From an uncultured bacterium (GTDB lineage: Bacteria; Desulfobacterota_D; UBA1144; Nemesobacterales; UBA2774): 64,000 nt of DNA. Position 1 is the first letter of the stretch. Every line of letters starts with the position of its first letter. This document shows positions 28,730-38,936 of the stretch, piece after piece. The notes under the pieces are model-generated. The model saw only the letters and a list, made by a program, of their open reading frames with translations, had not been told where the DNA came from and did no database searches. Where the stretch lies: NCBI GenBank assembly GCA_963825135.1, contig CAWGRW010000009.1, forward strand, positions 1,856,001-1,920,000, read 5' to 3'. Position numbers and translations under genes: made by a program.

Positions 28730-29968
28730 TCAGAGCTTATCGGACTGCGATATGCCCAAGATATGTCCCCTGATGCTTTTGATAACGCTTTGACGGTCGT
28801 ATATGCTTATTGCTTTCTCCCTGGCCGCCATACCCATTTTATCGCATAAATCAGCGTCACCGAGTAGTCTCACGCATGCTTCCGCAAACGTTTCAGGTTC
28901 GTCTCGTATGAATATCTCCGACCCCTCTGTGAACTCCAGTCCTTCCGCCCCTATCGTAGTGGCTACTGTCGGTTTGCCGTAAGCGGCTGCTTCCACGATT
29001 TTAAAACGGGTCCCTGCCCCCATTAGAATAGGCACGGCCGTAGCCCGCACCTTTCTATAAAGATCTGCCAGGTCATCGACGAAGCCGATCGTTTCAAGGC
29101 CGGGAATCGCGGTTGTATCAAGTCTAAGCTTATCCGCCGCCGTGCCGGCAATAATAAGCTTTGCATGCGGGAGCTTTTTCCTGACGAGAGGCCAGATATC
29201 TTTTAGGAGGTACTCTGCCGCATCGACGTTTGGCGGGTATTCGGAGCCGAGAAACAACAGGTTAGGGGCGGGCATAGAAGGCTCCATCCTCGGTATCTCG
29301 ACTGCATTGGGTATAGTGACAACCCCGGTGAGGCCGTATTTTTTGTTTAGGTAGCGGCGGTCGAAGTCCGAGCAAACCGCTGTCCTGGATGCGAGCCCAA
29401 TAGCATTATATTCTCCTCTCGTAAGCGCCGGGAGCAGAAAATAAAGGAGTTTGGTCTTAACGCTGTTCCGGGTCTGTATGTAGCGTTTCAAAGCTATATG
29501 TTCGATGTCGTCGAGATCGAAAAAGATGGGCGGGAGCGGTTTCTTGGTCAAGAGAAGGGGACACATCGAGGAGAGCCTGTGGGCAAATATAGCATCGGGC
29601 TTCAATTCAAGACAGTCCTCGACCGCGCGTACCTGCGCCTGATCGCTGAATTCGATGCGTCCCTTCTGTTTTGAAAAACTGAAGACGCCCTTCCCGAACG
29701 ATATCCACTTAATCAACTCATTGTCCATATCGAATTCGGACATCGGGTATAGGAAAAGCCTGATCTTGGTCTTCCACAGCTTGGAGATGGACTCTTCCAG
29801 CTCCGATGTCTGCGAAGGAGAATAATCGTAATCAGGGGGGGCGAAAAACAGCACGTCGAGCTCGGCAATGCCCTTCAATGCGTCTATGAACGTCGCAATA
29901 CGTTTATAAGTACCGTGCACCTTCTTTGGGTCGTCCGGAATATATCTCGATATGAATAGTATTTTCAT
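28730..29968 (-). CDS. GT4-type glycosyltransferase
   Basis: IPNAV, LFLGS.YPPN.DA, GFVDDL, VPI..GAGTRFKIVEAAAYGKP.VATTIGAEG. Confidence 0.9.
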   Translation of the reverse strand: MKILFISRYIPDDPKKVHGTYKRIATFIDALKGIAELDVLFFAPPDYDYSPSQTSELEESISKLWKTKIRLFLYPMSEFDMDNELIKWISFGKGVFSFSKQKGRIEFSDQAQVRAVEDCLELKPDAIFAHRLSSMCPLLLTKKPLPPIFFDLDDIEHIALKRYIQTRNSVKTKLLYFLLPALTRGEYNAIGLASRTAVCSDFDRRYLNKKYGLTGVVTIPNAVEIPRMEPSMPAPNLLFLGSEYPPNVDAAEYLLKDIWPLVRKKLPHAKLIIAGTAADKLRLDTTAIPGLETIGFVDDLADLYRKVRATAVPILMGAGTRFKIVEAAAYGKPTVATTIGAEGLEFTEGSEIFIRDEPETFAEACVRLLGDADLCDKMGMAAREKAISIYDRQSVIKSIRGHILGISQSDKL

Positions 29969-30016
29969 GGAGTCTTTTATTTACTGAATGAACGGTTTCT
30001 TTGCCAGATCTATTCT

Positions 30017-31162
30017 CTAGTTTGCCGTGATTCGTTTTCTTTTGATTAATTCACAATAGATGTCGGTCACCCCTTTAACCATTTTTTCCGACGCGAAATT
30101 CTTAATTATAGTCTCTTTCCCCGAGGCCGCGAGTCTGCCGGCAAGCGATTTATCTGACAAAAGGAGTTTGATACTCTCTGCCAGGGCATTCGGATCTGCG
30201 GTCGGGACTAAAATACCGTTCTCTCGATCAGTAATTATTTCCTTGATTCCGTCAATGTCGGTGGCTATGACCGGTCTGGAAGCCGACATTGCTTCCAGTA
30301 CGGATAAAGGGAGGCCTTCTAGGAGCGAGGGCAAGACAAAGATATCGCAGGCATTCAACAGTTCCGGTATGTCGTCCCTCTGTCCAAGGAATACTACTCT
30401 GTCTGCAACCTTAAGGTCTCGGGCTTTCCTCTCCATCGCCGACCTTTCCGGACCGTCGCCGGCTAGCAGGAAGATTGCATCAGGGACCAGCTGAGCCGCT
30501 TCTATTAAATATTTATGCCCTTTAAGCTCGTCTATCCGGGCAACGGTCAATATTACTTTTTTATCTTCGTTATTTTTCAACTCCGATTTCAATAAATTTT
30601 CATCACCCTTGTGGCAGAAATCCTGAACATTCACTGCGTTCTGGACGACCTTCACCTTGTTTCCCGATATTACATTTTTTTTCAGACGCTCTGCCTGTTT
30701 GTATGATACTGCTATGTAATAGTCGACGAACATTGATATTAGCTTCTGGTAGAATATCAACGTGTATATCCGGGAAATTCTACGCGCCCGGATTTCCTGA
30801 TACGAATGCTGAGTGGCCACTATGGCTTTGATACCCGCGAGTTTCGCGCAAATAATGCCGCCTGTGCATTTTAAATTTGATACCAATTGCGCGTGGAATA
30901 TAGCCGGGTGAAGTTCTTTCAGATTCTGTATCATTTTCTTCATACCCCTTAGATCCCACAGCCCGTTTACTATAGACGCAGACAGCGTATTAATGCCCAG
31001 GCCTTCGACTCTCTCGACGAATTCAAGAATGCCCGGATTCTGCTGGTAAACCAAAACCGGTTCCCAAAGATCTCGATCCACTACCCTCAGGAGGTTAAAC
31101 AGCATCTGTTCCGCACCGCCGAAGCCCTTACTTTCTATGTAGTATACAATTCTGTGTTTCAT
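30017..31162 (-). CDS. GT4 glycosyltransferase
   Basis: FGGAEQ, VARI...KGH, FLGQRDDI, FVLPSLLEGLPLSVLEAM. Confidence 0.93.
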   Translation of the reverse strand: MKHRIVYYIESKGFGGAEQMLFNLLRVVDRDLWEPVLVYQQNPGILEFVERVEGLGINTLSASIVNGLWDLRGMKKMIQNLKELHPAIFHAQLVSNLKCTGGIICAKLAGIKAIVATQHSYQEIRARRISRIYTLIFYQKLISMFVDYYIAVSYKQAERLKKNVISGNKVKVVQNAVNVQDFCHKGDENLLKSELKNNEDKKVILTVARIDELKGHKYLIEAAQLVPDAIFLLAGDGPERSAMERKARDLKVADRVVFLGQRDDIPELLNACDIFVLPSLLEGLPLSVLEAMSASRPVIATDIDGIKEIITDRENGILVPTADPNALAESIKLLLSDKSLAGRLAASGKETIIKNFASEKMVKGVTDIYCELIKRKRITAN

Positions 31163-31328
31163 GTGTTTATATTGTCTCTGCCCGGTCTCTGATTAGCTGG
31201 CTTAGGCCTTGTCAAGACGAGTTTTCTTTAAAAGAGCAATGCGAATCTGCTCCTCGAAACATTCCGGATACATTGGAGCGATTATTTGATAGAGCATCTA
31301 TTTGAAGTAATCATGACGTAAACTCCGG

Positions 31329-32141
31329 CTAGATATCCTTCGTGTATTTAGCTCTTACCTTTTTTATCAACCTTCCCACACCCCGCATTTTGCTATGAAC
31401 ATATTGCCACCACCGTAGCGTCGTCTTATATTTGCCTTCGTAATGCAGTATCAATACGAAGTCGACAATATTGTAGGAACCAAGGACATTGATACGAGGC
31501 AGCGCCAGGGGATCGTCCTCACGCCTCGCAAACCTTTCTATAACCGAGCAAACGGTATTGTAGCCTGCCTTGGCAGCCGATGATTTCACCGCATCGTTGA
31601 ATAAACCGTAGGGATAGGCCAGGTGCGCTACTTCATGGCCCAGATGTTCTTCAAGGACTTTTCGTGATTCCGCCAACTCCTTGTAGCAGTCCTCCGGGGT
31701 TAACTCGGTCAGGTCCGGGTGTGTCTTGCTATGGCTGCCGACTTGGAATCCATTCGTTTCGAGAAATTTGACTGTGTCCCAACCAATGACAGGAAATTCG
31801 CATCCTATTTCAGGCATGAGCCAGTGACTTTGACCTCCGACACAATCGGTAGGGACGAAAAACACCGCTTTGAATCCGTTTGATTTGAGGATCGGTATTG
31901 CATAATCGATGGACTCCTGATAACAGTCATCGAATGTTATAAGAACAGTTTTAGGCGGCAGATCGATATTCCCCTTTTTGTAATTCTCCAGTTGATCGAG
32001 GTCTATAGTGTTAAAACCCAGCAGTTTCAGGATTCTCATCTGGAAAGCGAAAGCTCGTGGTGTAATGGAGCACGCCACAAATTCCGGGTGGACATGAGGT
32101 GTGACCTGGTGGTACATCAGTATTGGTATAGCATTGTTCAT
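31329..32141 (-). CDS. Polysaccharide deacetylase (NodB/CE4)
   Basis: PILMYHQV, ITFDD, GSHSKTH, LAYPYG, LPRI; no signal peptide. Confidence 0.9.
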   Translation of the reverse strand: MNNAIPILMYHQVTPHVHPEFVACSITPRAFAFQMRILKLLGFNTIDLDQLENYKKGNIDLPPKTVLITFDDCYQESIDYAIPILKSNGFKAVFFVPTDCVGGQSHWLMPEIGCEFPVIGWDTVKFLETNGFQVGSHSKTHPDLTELTPEDCYKELAESRKVLEEHLGHEVAHLAYPYGLFNDAVKSSAAKAGYNTVCSVIERFARREDDPLALPRINVLGSYNIVDFVLILHYEGKYKTTLRWWQYVHSKMRGVGRLIKKVRAKYTKDI

Positions 32142-32315
32142 AGTTTATCTAGATAATTAACTGTTGTCGATAGCTAAATTCGGATATATCATTCGAAACT
32201 GAGCTAAGTATTATAAATTTCTTCCTAATCTATGTTGTGTGGCCGGATTTGTTATAACCTTTTAACAGAATTATATTACCATTCCACTAAATTGATAATA
32301 CGCTCCTATCCCTAA

Positions 32316-33459
32316 TTAGGATTGTCGAGTCTTCATACCTCTGAATATATTATATATTTTAACGGCCGTATTTTCGATCCGGCGATTCATGTTGTTTCGT
32401 CGGATAACAATGTTTTGCATTTCATTGTAATCAGTCGATAAACTTTTCTTATAAGGATCGTCACCTTCAAGAAAGTCGTAGCAGCTCAGGCCGATCGCCG
32501 CATAGTGTGTTATCGCATAATAGTGGCACACAATTCCGGGACTATAAGCATTGCTCGGGAGAAAATTGAACGCGCATTGATAACCAAGGGCCTTTCCATC
32601 GTATATAAAATTATAAAGACATCCAATGATATGGTTACCGGACGATATTCTCATCAGCTGAATTTCTCCGTTATCGAAACGCGAGGAGATTAATTCTTTA
32701 TGGAATTCAACGAAATATTTATTCGCAAAGACCCCGGTATAACCTCGCGCCGCCCATTCTTTCTGGTGGAGTGCAATCAATTCATCTAGAATGACTGATG
32801 CTTCTTCTGCGTTTCCGGCAACGGTTATACGAATTTCCCCCATTTTCTCGTACTCCTTGATTGTACGACGAATTTGGTATCTTTTTTTCGGGCTGATCAT
32901 GGATAAATAATCGTTATTGTTGCGCCGGACCTTAACCAAATCCACATTATATGATTTTAGATTTTTTACGGTCAAATCGTAGTCGTCACTTAAATCGTCT
33001 TTCATTATTAAATTTGGCTGATAAATCGGGGCGCACTTCGGCAGATAGAGCTCATCCCACTTAATCGGCATTAATTCGAGAAGCGAACCTAACGATATCT
33101 CTACTTCGGGGTCGATCAGTATAGCGTTATACTCGATACTTAATGAATCAATATCTGGAATCAGAGTTATAGTTGAGAGAGAGCCGCCTGATTTTGAAAA
33201 ATTTATGCCGGGTCAAAGTCTTACGGCCTACAAAAAAAGCTATAACTGGCAAGTCATTGCTAAAGCCGGCAATAAGTGTCAAACCGCAGTCTACCGGAAG
33301 GCTTTTTATCCATAGATCCCTCCAGGCCCATGACAGGTAATATGAATGATGGCATCTATTAACTAACGATGCCCAGATCTCTTTTACGCTATCATACTGG
33401 GTAAACGGATTGTATAATTTGAAAACAAGCTTATCTGTTCCGTTAGAATTGTTATTCAT
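32316..33459 (-). pseudogene. GNAT-family N-acyltransferase (CelD/BcsL-like) split by a one-base frameshift near 33168 (possibly an assembly error)
   Basis: ORF 33148-33480 has the family N-terminus (W..L......YYLSWAW...W); ORF 32316-33071 has the rest (LH...W..RG..G.F, SPG.V.H, YDFLEGD..YK.SL); removing one base gives continuous LNYTLIPDIDSLSIEYNAIL, about 380 aa. Confidence 0.75.
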
Positions 33460-33754
33460 TGCAGAGCCAAAATGTAACAAAAGTTAAGAGTTTGAAGAAG
33501 ATGATGAATATTTATTCCTCATTATATTATTGCTACAGTTCAAGGTTTTTTCAAAGATTTATAATAATACACCTTAATTGCGAAAGATAATTCAAGCTTG
33601 AGTTGCTTATGCATTGGTATATTATTGGGTGTAGGGGAGACGGCTTAAAGCATATTATTACAACCACGGCCTTCCGAATACCGGGGGGCGAAATTATACT
33701 TTGGTTTATAGTTTTGAAAATCACAGCATCATCAAAAGGGCTCAGGGCTGAATA

Positions 33755-35377
33755 ATGTTAATGAATTTGTTATATAAGCACAAGTCATCCTTTACTTATC
33801 TTCTGCTAATTTTTGTAACATTTGTAGCTACAATTTCATTTCTTCCGCTTGATGTGAACGACCCAAATCCTGACTCGGGCATATTTCTATATATGGGACA
33901 GCAAATTCTTAAGGGCGGCACTCTATATCGGGACTTGTGGGATAACAAAGGACCAGTTCTTTACTATATCAATGCGTTAGCGCTGTTTATCAGCCCTGGT
34001 TCTATGTGGGGGCTGTATCTATATGAGTTTCTGTCATTGTTTATCGCTGTAACCTTGGGTTATCTGGTAATGAATAAAGCTTTCGGCAGAATCCCCGCTA
34101 TTGTTGCTTCAATAATATGGCCTTTATCCTTGTTTTATCTAAATAGTTTTGGCGGAGGGAATGTAACAGAGGAATACTCGCTGCCCCTGAGCTTTGCCGC
34201 TTTGTATTTCTATTTGCGTTCCAGGAACTCGAAATCCGGTCTCTTCTATATATTTCTTGTGGGGGTAACGTTCTCGCTATCATTTTTCTTAAGGCCTAAT
34301 AACACCGGAATGCAAGTTACCATTGCCTTGTTAATTTTTTTCTCTGGAATTATAACTCGCAGCTTTTACCTGCTTCTCAAGCAAATATTGGCTTATGCTC
34401 TGGGGACAATAGTCATTATTGCGGCAGTTCTGCTGTATTTCCATTGGATGAATGCACTCGGTGATTTTTACGATTCATTTATCAGATATAATTCCGTTTA
34501 TTCTACTACTACATTGGGGGACAGGATATCATCACTTCTTTTTGGATTGAGATTACTTTCACCGTCCGGTCTTCCGCTGATCGCGATAGCAGCATGGTTT
34601 ATAGCGGTCTTTACCGCTATAAACGGAACGAAGCTGGGGGAGAGCCAAAGGGTATTGATACTTGTATCAGTCATAGGGATACCGGTCGAGTTTCTTCTCT
34701 CCAGTATTTCAAGCTTGATGTTTGATCACTATTATATATGCTGGCTTCCGGTATTCGCGATATTAACCAGCTTCTTTCTCTATGGGCTGATCTCCAATTT
34801 CTCAGACTCGAGCATTATTTTCTGTAAGCGGCAAATCAGATTGAGTCATATATGGGTGTTGGGTTTGCTTGTGGCTATGTCCTGCTTGGCGATTGTGAAA
34901 ATCCCGGATCGTGTTGGGAAATTCATATCGACCAGCAGGCAGAGTAATGTGGTTGTCGAGGGGATCAGGGATAATTTGAAAGATGAGCAATATTTATTGA
35001 TGTGGGGCGCCGCGGCTTATTTTAACCTGGCTACCGGGATGAAGTCGCCTACTCGATATTTCCATCAGCTGCCGTTTTATGTCTGCGGTTATCGTACGGA
35101 AGAAATGATAGAAGAATTCCTGGATGATATAAAACAAAAAAAGCCATTAATCGTTGATACATCTTCTACTGATATATCTTTTGCGCCAATTGATAACAAT
35201 GAAAGGAAAAAATGGGAATATCGAAATTTAGCGGGACATAGAGATGAAAGTTGTAAGAATAGCCCAAAAATGGAAGAATTATTCGAATACATCAACTCCA
35301 GATATACTCCGGTATATACGTTTAAAAAAAATAAATGGAAAATCTATCAATTTGACGATAACAAGGGAAAATCCTGA
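33755..35377 (+). CDS. GT-C fold (ArnT/PMT-like) membrane glycosyltransferase, paralog A
   Basis: DSGIFLYMGQQIL.G..LYRDLWDNKGP loop, many TMs, GNVTEEY, HYYICWLP, C-terminal soluble domain. Confidence 0.8.
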   Translation: MLMNLLYKHKSSFTYLLLIFVTFVATISFLPLDVNDPNPDSGIFLYMGQQILKGGTLYRDLWDNKGPVLYYINALALFISPGSMWGLYLYEFLSLFIAVTLGYLVMNKAFGRIPAIVASIIWPLSLFYLNSFGGGNVTEEYSLPLSFAALYFYLRSRNSKSGLFYIFLVGVTFSLSFFLRPNNTGMQVTIALLIFFSGIITRSFYLLLKQILAYALGTIVIIAAVLLYFHWMNALGDFYDSFIRYNSVYSTTTLGDRISSLLFGLRLLSPSGLPLIAIAAWFIAVFTAINGTKLGESQRVLILVSVIGIPVEFLLSSISSLMFDHYYICWLPVFAILTSFFLYGLISNFSDSSIIFCKRQIRLSHIWVLGLLVAMSCLAIVKIPDRVGKFISTSRQSNVVVEGIRDNLKDEQYLLMWGAAAYFNLATGMKSPTRYFHQLPFYVCGYRTEEMIEEFLDDIKQKKPLIVDTSSTDISFAPIDNNERKKWEYRNLAGHRDESCKNSPKMEELFEYINSRYTPVYTFKKNKWKIYQFDDNKGKS

Positions 35378-35494
35378 TTGAGCAATGAAGAAGCTCTTTA
35401 GAAAAGAGATTGCGATTCGACATCTCAATTGAATCCGCAGAAGATAAAAAACGAACATATGGACAATTTAGTGCTTAGACTTACATCAGACTGA

Positions 35495-36838
35495 GTGAGG
35501 TTAATGAGAATATTCAGATCCATTTTATATTCGGATATTACTTTATCAGTATTCTTAATTATCGCGTTACTGGTATATTCACTGCTTATAGAAAAAAAAT
35601 CACCTGGTCTCATTATTCTTTCTGTTATTTCTTTGTTGTTCGTCAATATCATATTCTGTCTTATCTCCATCAAGGGGATACAAAGGGGTCACGGCAAGTT
35701 AATATCGAAAATATGGATATCCATTTTATCACTTTTCATGTTTTATTTCATTCTGGACCTGACTAGCGGTTATTTTTTATTGCCGCGGCTGGATAATACC
35801 GAAGAACAAAAACTCCCTGATAAAGTCCTTCATCATAAGCTTGCTCATGATGCGACAATAAGCATGATTGCCCCCGATTACAACGCCACTATGAAGACTA
35901 ACAGTATGGGCTTCAGAGCAAGGAACACTCCAGAGAAAGATAATTCGGAGTATCGCATAGTAATGCTTGGGGATTCGTTTACGATGGGAGAAGGCGTCAG
36001 CTATGAAGATAGCTTTTCTAATCTGCTCGAGAACTATTTAAATAAGTCTTCTAAGAGAAAATATGACGTAATTGACTGTGGCGTCGAGAGCTATTCTCCC
36101 ATACTCGAATACCTCCAGCTGAAGGAGGATATCGGCATATTGAAACCGGATATGGTAATAATGAATTTCGACATGTCGGATGTGCTGAACGAGTATGTCT
36201 ACAGGAAAGAAGGAGTCCTTGGTAAAGATTCCGAGCCGATGTCCGTCAATGGATTTCAGGATTTCAATAAAGCGAGGGGAAGTGCTGTAACAAGAGCAGA
36301 AAACTGGGTTTACGGGAATCTTTTCATTACGAGTGCAATATCCGGACTTTTGCGCGAGCATATGGAAAAACCGCTGGATATAAAGAATGTCGATCTTGAA
36401 ACTGCGGTTATGAAGTCGAACAGATTGATGCTCTTACATACGCTCAAGGAACCCGAGTTTGAGGAATTCGGACTCATTATGTCAGAAATCGAGGATAGTA
36501 TCTTGAGGACGAAAAAGTTATGCGATGAACACGGCTCCCAGTTCATTTTATCCACCTATCCCTGGGGGCATCAGGTAAACGACCGTGAATGGATCCCCGG
36601 AAGATATGATTACATATCCAAATCGTCTCAGATCTCGGATAGGACTGTAAATGAATTAGAAAGGTTCTGTGTACAGAACAACATACCATTCTTTAACGCG
36701 TTCCCTTATTTCAGGAATTATAAAGGGGAGGAATTGCTCTACTTCCATCATGATATGCACTGGACGCCCGCGGGTCACAAGTTGATGGCCCGTTACCTCT
36801 ACGAAGCCCTGTCGGTTTACTTTCACAATAACGGATAG
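35495..36838 (+). CDS. Membrane-anchored SGNH/GDSL hydrolase-family protein (AlgJ/AlgX-like O-acetyltransferase or esterase)
   Basis: About three N-terminal TMs; NSMGFR, VMLGDSFTMG (block I), GVESYS, DMHWTPAGH (DxH). Confidence 0.82.
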   Translation: MRLMRIFRSILYSDITLSVFLIIALLVYSLLIEKKSPGLIILSVISLLFVNIIFCLISIKGIQRGHGKLISKIWISILSLFMFYFILDLTSGYFLLPRLDNTEEQKLPDKVLHHKLAHDATISMIAPDYNATMKTNSMGFRARNTPEKDNSEYRIVMLGDSFTMGEGVSYEDSFSNLLENYLNKSSKRKYDVIDCGVESYSPILEYLQLKEDIGILKPDMVIMNFDMSDVLNEYVYRKEGVLGKDSEPMSVNGFQDFNKARGSAVTRAENWVYGNLFITSAISGLLREHMEKPLDIKNVDLETAVMKSNRLMLLHTLKEPEFEEFGLIMSEIEDSILRTKKLCDEHGSQFILSTYPWGHQVNDREWIPGRYDYISKSSQISDRTVNELERFCVQNNIPFFNAFPYFRNYKGEELLYFHHDMHWTPAGHKLMARYLYEALSVYFHNNG

Positions 36839-36901
36839 AAAAAAGAGATGTTAGGCGCTGGATATGCATGGAATATGTGGAGATTACTGGTCTCAGCATG
36901 G

Positions 36902-38377
36902 TCAGTCTGTATTTGATCTCCTGTCTGAAAACTTGCATTTAGTTTTCTGAATCTGCCAAAATACATATGCCCCGAAGCATAGATAAACAACGTACAAAGG
37001 GATAAGAATAATCTGACCGTGCAAGTCTTTATCCAGTAAGCCCTTAAATGAGGACAATGAATAATCGAACAGGGAGAATTGGAATCCGTGCCCCTCTATG
37101 AACCGCGGTATAAGATAACTCGTAATGACATTTCCTGAATCAGGTTTTATATTTAACAATGAGACTGATGCATTTGCATGAAACATTGAGACCGACACGG
37201 ACATTAGAGATATTAAGAAGCTCACTAAAAATAAAGCCAGAAGCACTGCCTTGACCTTCATTCCGGATCGAAAAAAGAAGAGAGAAATGGGGAGGCAAAG
37301 GAAGGGTAGCATTGGGATTAAATAACGTGGCCCCGTAGACAAACCCCCGTCCCAGTAAGTAAATGCCGCGTTCCAGAGAAGAAAATAAAGAGATACCATA
37401 ATAATTACAACAGTAATATTTTTCATCCCTGGGGTCTTCCATAGACCATATAGTGCGAGTGGCGTAGACAAAATCAGCGGCGACAGCCAGAATAGACCCA
37501 TATTTTGAGCGAAGAGCAGTTTGAACATGACACCCAAGTTCGGGAATCCAATACCATAAAACCCTTCGCGATGTTTGGGAAAATTCAAGTTGTATTGGTA
37601 CAAGGATTCGAAGACATTACCTAGAATAACATAGTTGTATATTAACAGGGGTGATATGAATATGAATGCTCCGACCAATGCAGCAAGGAACACCCTGGTT
37701 AACCTCTGACGCTTCCATTCTCTCGCATTGTACAAACCGTAAATGCCAATAACAACCGAAGCCGGTGCAGAGGTAAGTTCTATTACCACCGCCCAAGAGA
37801 GAAGAGCCCCCGATATAAACCCTAATAGTGTATCTCGCCATTTATCTTGAGGTGAATCAAGCAAATAGAATATAGCAGTTAAACCCAAAAAGAGGCACCC
37901 CCCTGCTGAAACATGTGAAAAGAAAGCTGTTGCCCAGCCCCATGCCGGAGTAGCCAGACCGTATGAAAGTGCTCCGAACACTGCTCCACTGAGATCTGAT
38001 CCTAGCTTCAATGCCATGAAATAAATAGCGAGAGCTGTTAATATGGTAATCATTCCGGAAGTAGAGACCGTGCCAAAGTGACCGAGAATGCTATACGCAT
38101 CTGTAAGTTCGTCGTGATTTCCTATCCACCGAACGTTGGGAATAGTCGATCTCAAGAGAAATCTGGCAGCGGCGATGGATGGGATGGCCATAAATGTCAA
38201 ACCGGGGGCTTTATCCATATAGTATTTACCGTTATAAAACGCTATATCAACGGTGTAGGTGTGGAATTTATCTATGGTCAGCGCCCCGTTCTCGATTATT
38301 GAGAGGGCAAGGGCTATACGTGGTACGGAATTATCGTTCCTGACGTCCTGTTGGAAATAAAAGTAGGAGAAAAACAA
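36902..38377 (-). CDS. GT-C-like multi-pass membrane protein (putative glycosyltransferase)
   Basis: N..R.AL..SI.E.G.L.ID...DIA...GKYY.DKAPG loop, W.GG...GPRYLIP.LPF; the frame stays open to about 38467, so the true start may be upstream. Confidence 0.7.
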   Translation of the reverse strand: MFFSYFYFQQDVRNDNSVPRIALALSIIENGALTIDKFHTYTVDIAFYNGKYYMDKAPGLTFMAIPSIAAARFLLRSTIPNVRWIGNHDELTDAYSILGHFGTVSTSGMITILTALAIYFMALKLGSDLSGAVFGALSYGLATPAWGWATAFFSHVSAGGCLFLGLTAIFYLLDSPQDKWRDTLLGFISGALLSWAVVIELTSAPASVVIGIYGLYNAREWKRQRLTRVFLAALVGAFIFISPLLIYNYVILGNVFESLYQYNLNFPKHREGFYGIGFPNLGVMFKLLFAQNMGLFWLSPLILSTPLALYGLWKTPGMKNITVVIIMVSLYFLLWNAAFTYWDGGLSTGPRYLIPMLPFLCLPISLFFFRSGMKVKAVLLALFLVSFLISLMSVSVSMFHANASVSLLNIKPDSGNVITSYLIPRFIEGHGFQFSLFDYSLSSFKGLLDKDLHGQIILIPLYVVYLCFGAYVFWQIQKTKCKFSDRRSNTD

Positions 38378-38936
38378 TAATATGACAATCGCTGCCGCTA
38401 TCCTATATTCAGCTCTGTGAACTTTTTTAATCGCCGATCTCCATTGAGGATTATTTGCATAATGTAATCATTTTCTCGCCGACGGTTTCTAGAACGATTA
38501 AATCGCCATTTCCAGAAATCACTATTCTTATATAGTGATCTTGTAAAAATTTTTAGTCAATGATATTAACATTTTTTCCATTCGACCTGTTTCCTATTAT
38601 CGGACTTCCCCCGGTTTAGTAGACATCTACCCACTTCAATGAGAAGCTCTTTCAAATTCATAGGAGCTAGCTGCCCCAGCGAGCTATGACGCATACTTGA
38701 GTTGTAGAAGACCTCGATATAATTAAAGACATCTGACCGGCCTTCATCTTCTTGTTTGGTAGATTCTACGTTTGATACGTTCCGTTTTTAGCTGCTGAAA
38801 AACGACTCCGCGGGTCGTTATAAGCTATACTAATACATAAAATTCATTTCATGTGTAAAGCATCTAAAATACGTAAGATTGACAAATATCTCGTCTCAAT
38901 AGGGGAAAGATTAGTATGGTATTGAGGCAGAGGTGT

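Noticed and set aside
38659..38689. Short imperfect hairpin as a REP or IS200/IS605 end
   Set aside because: Only one copy seen in the window and no transposase remnant.
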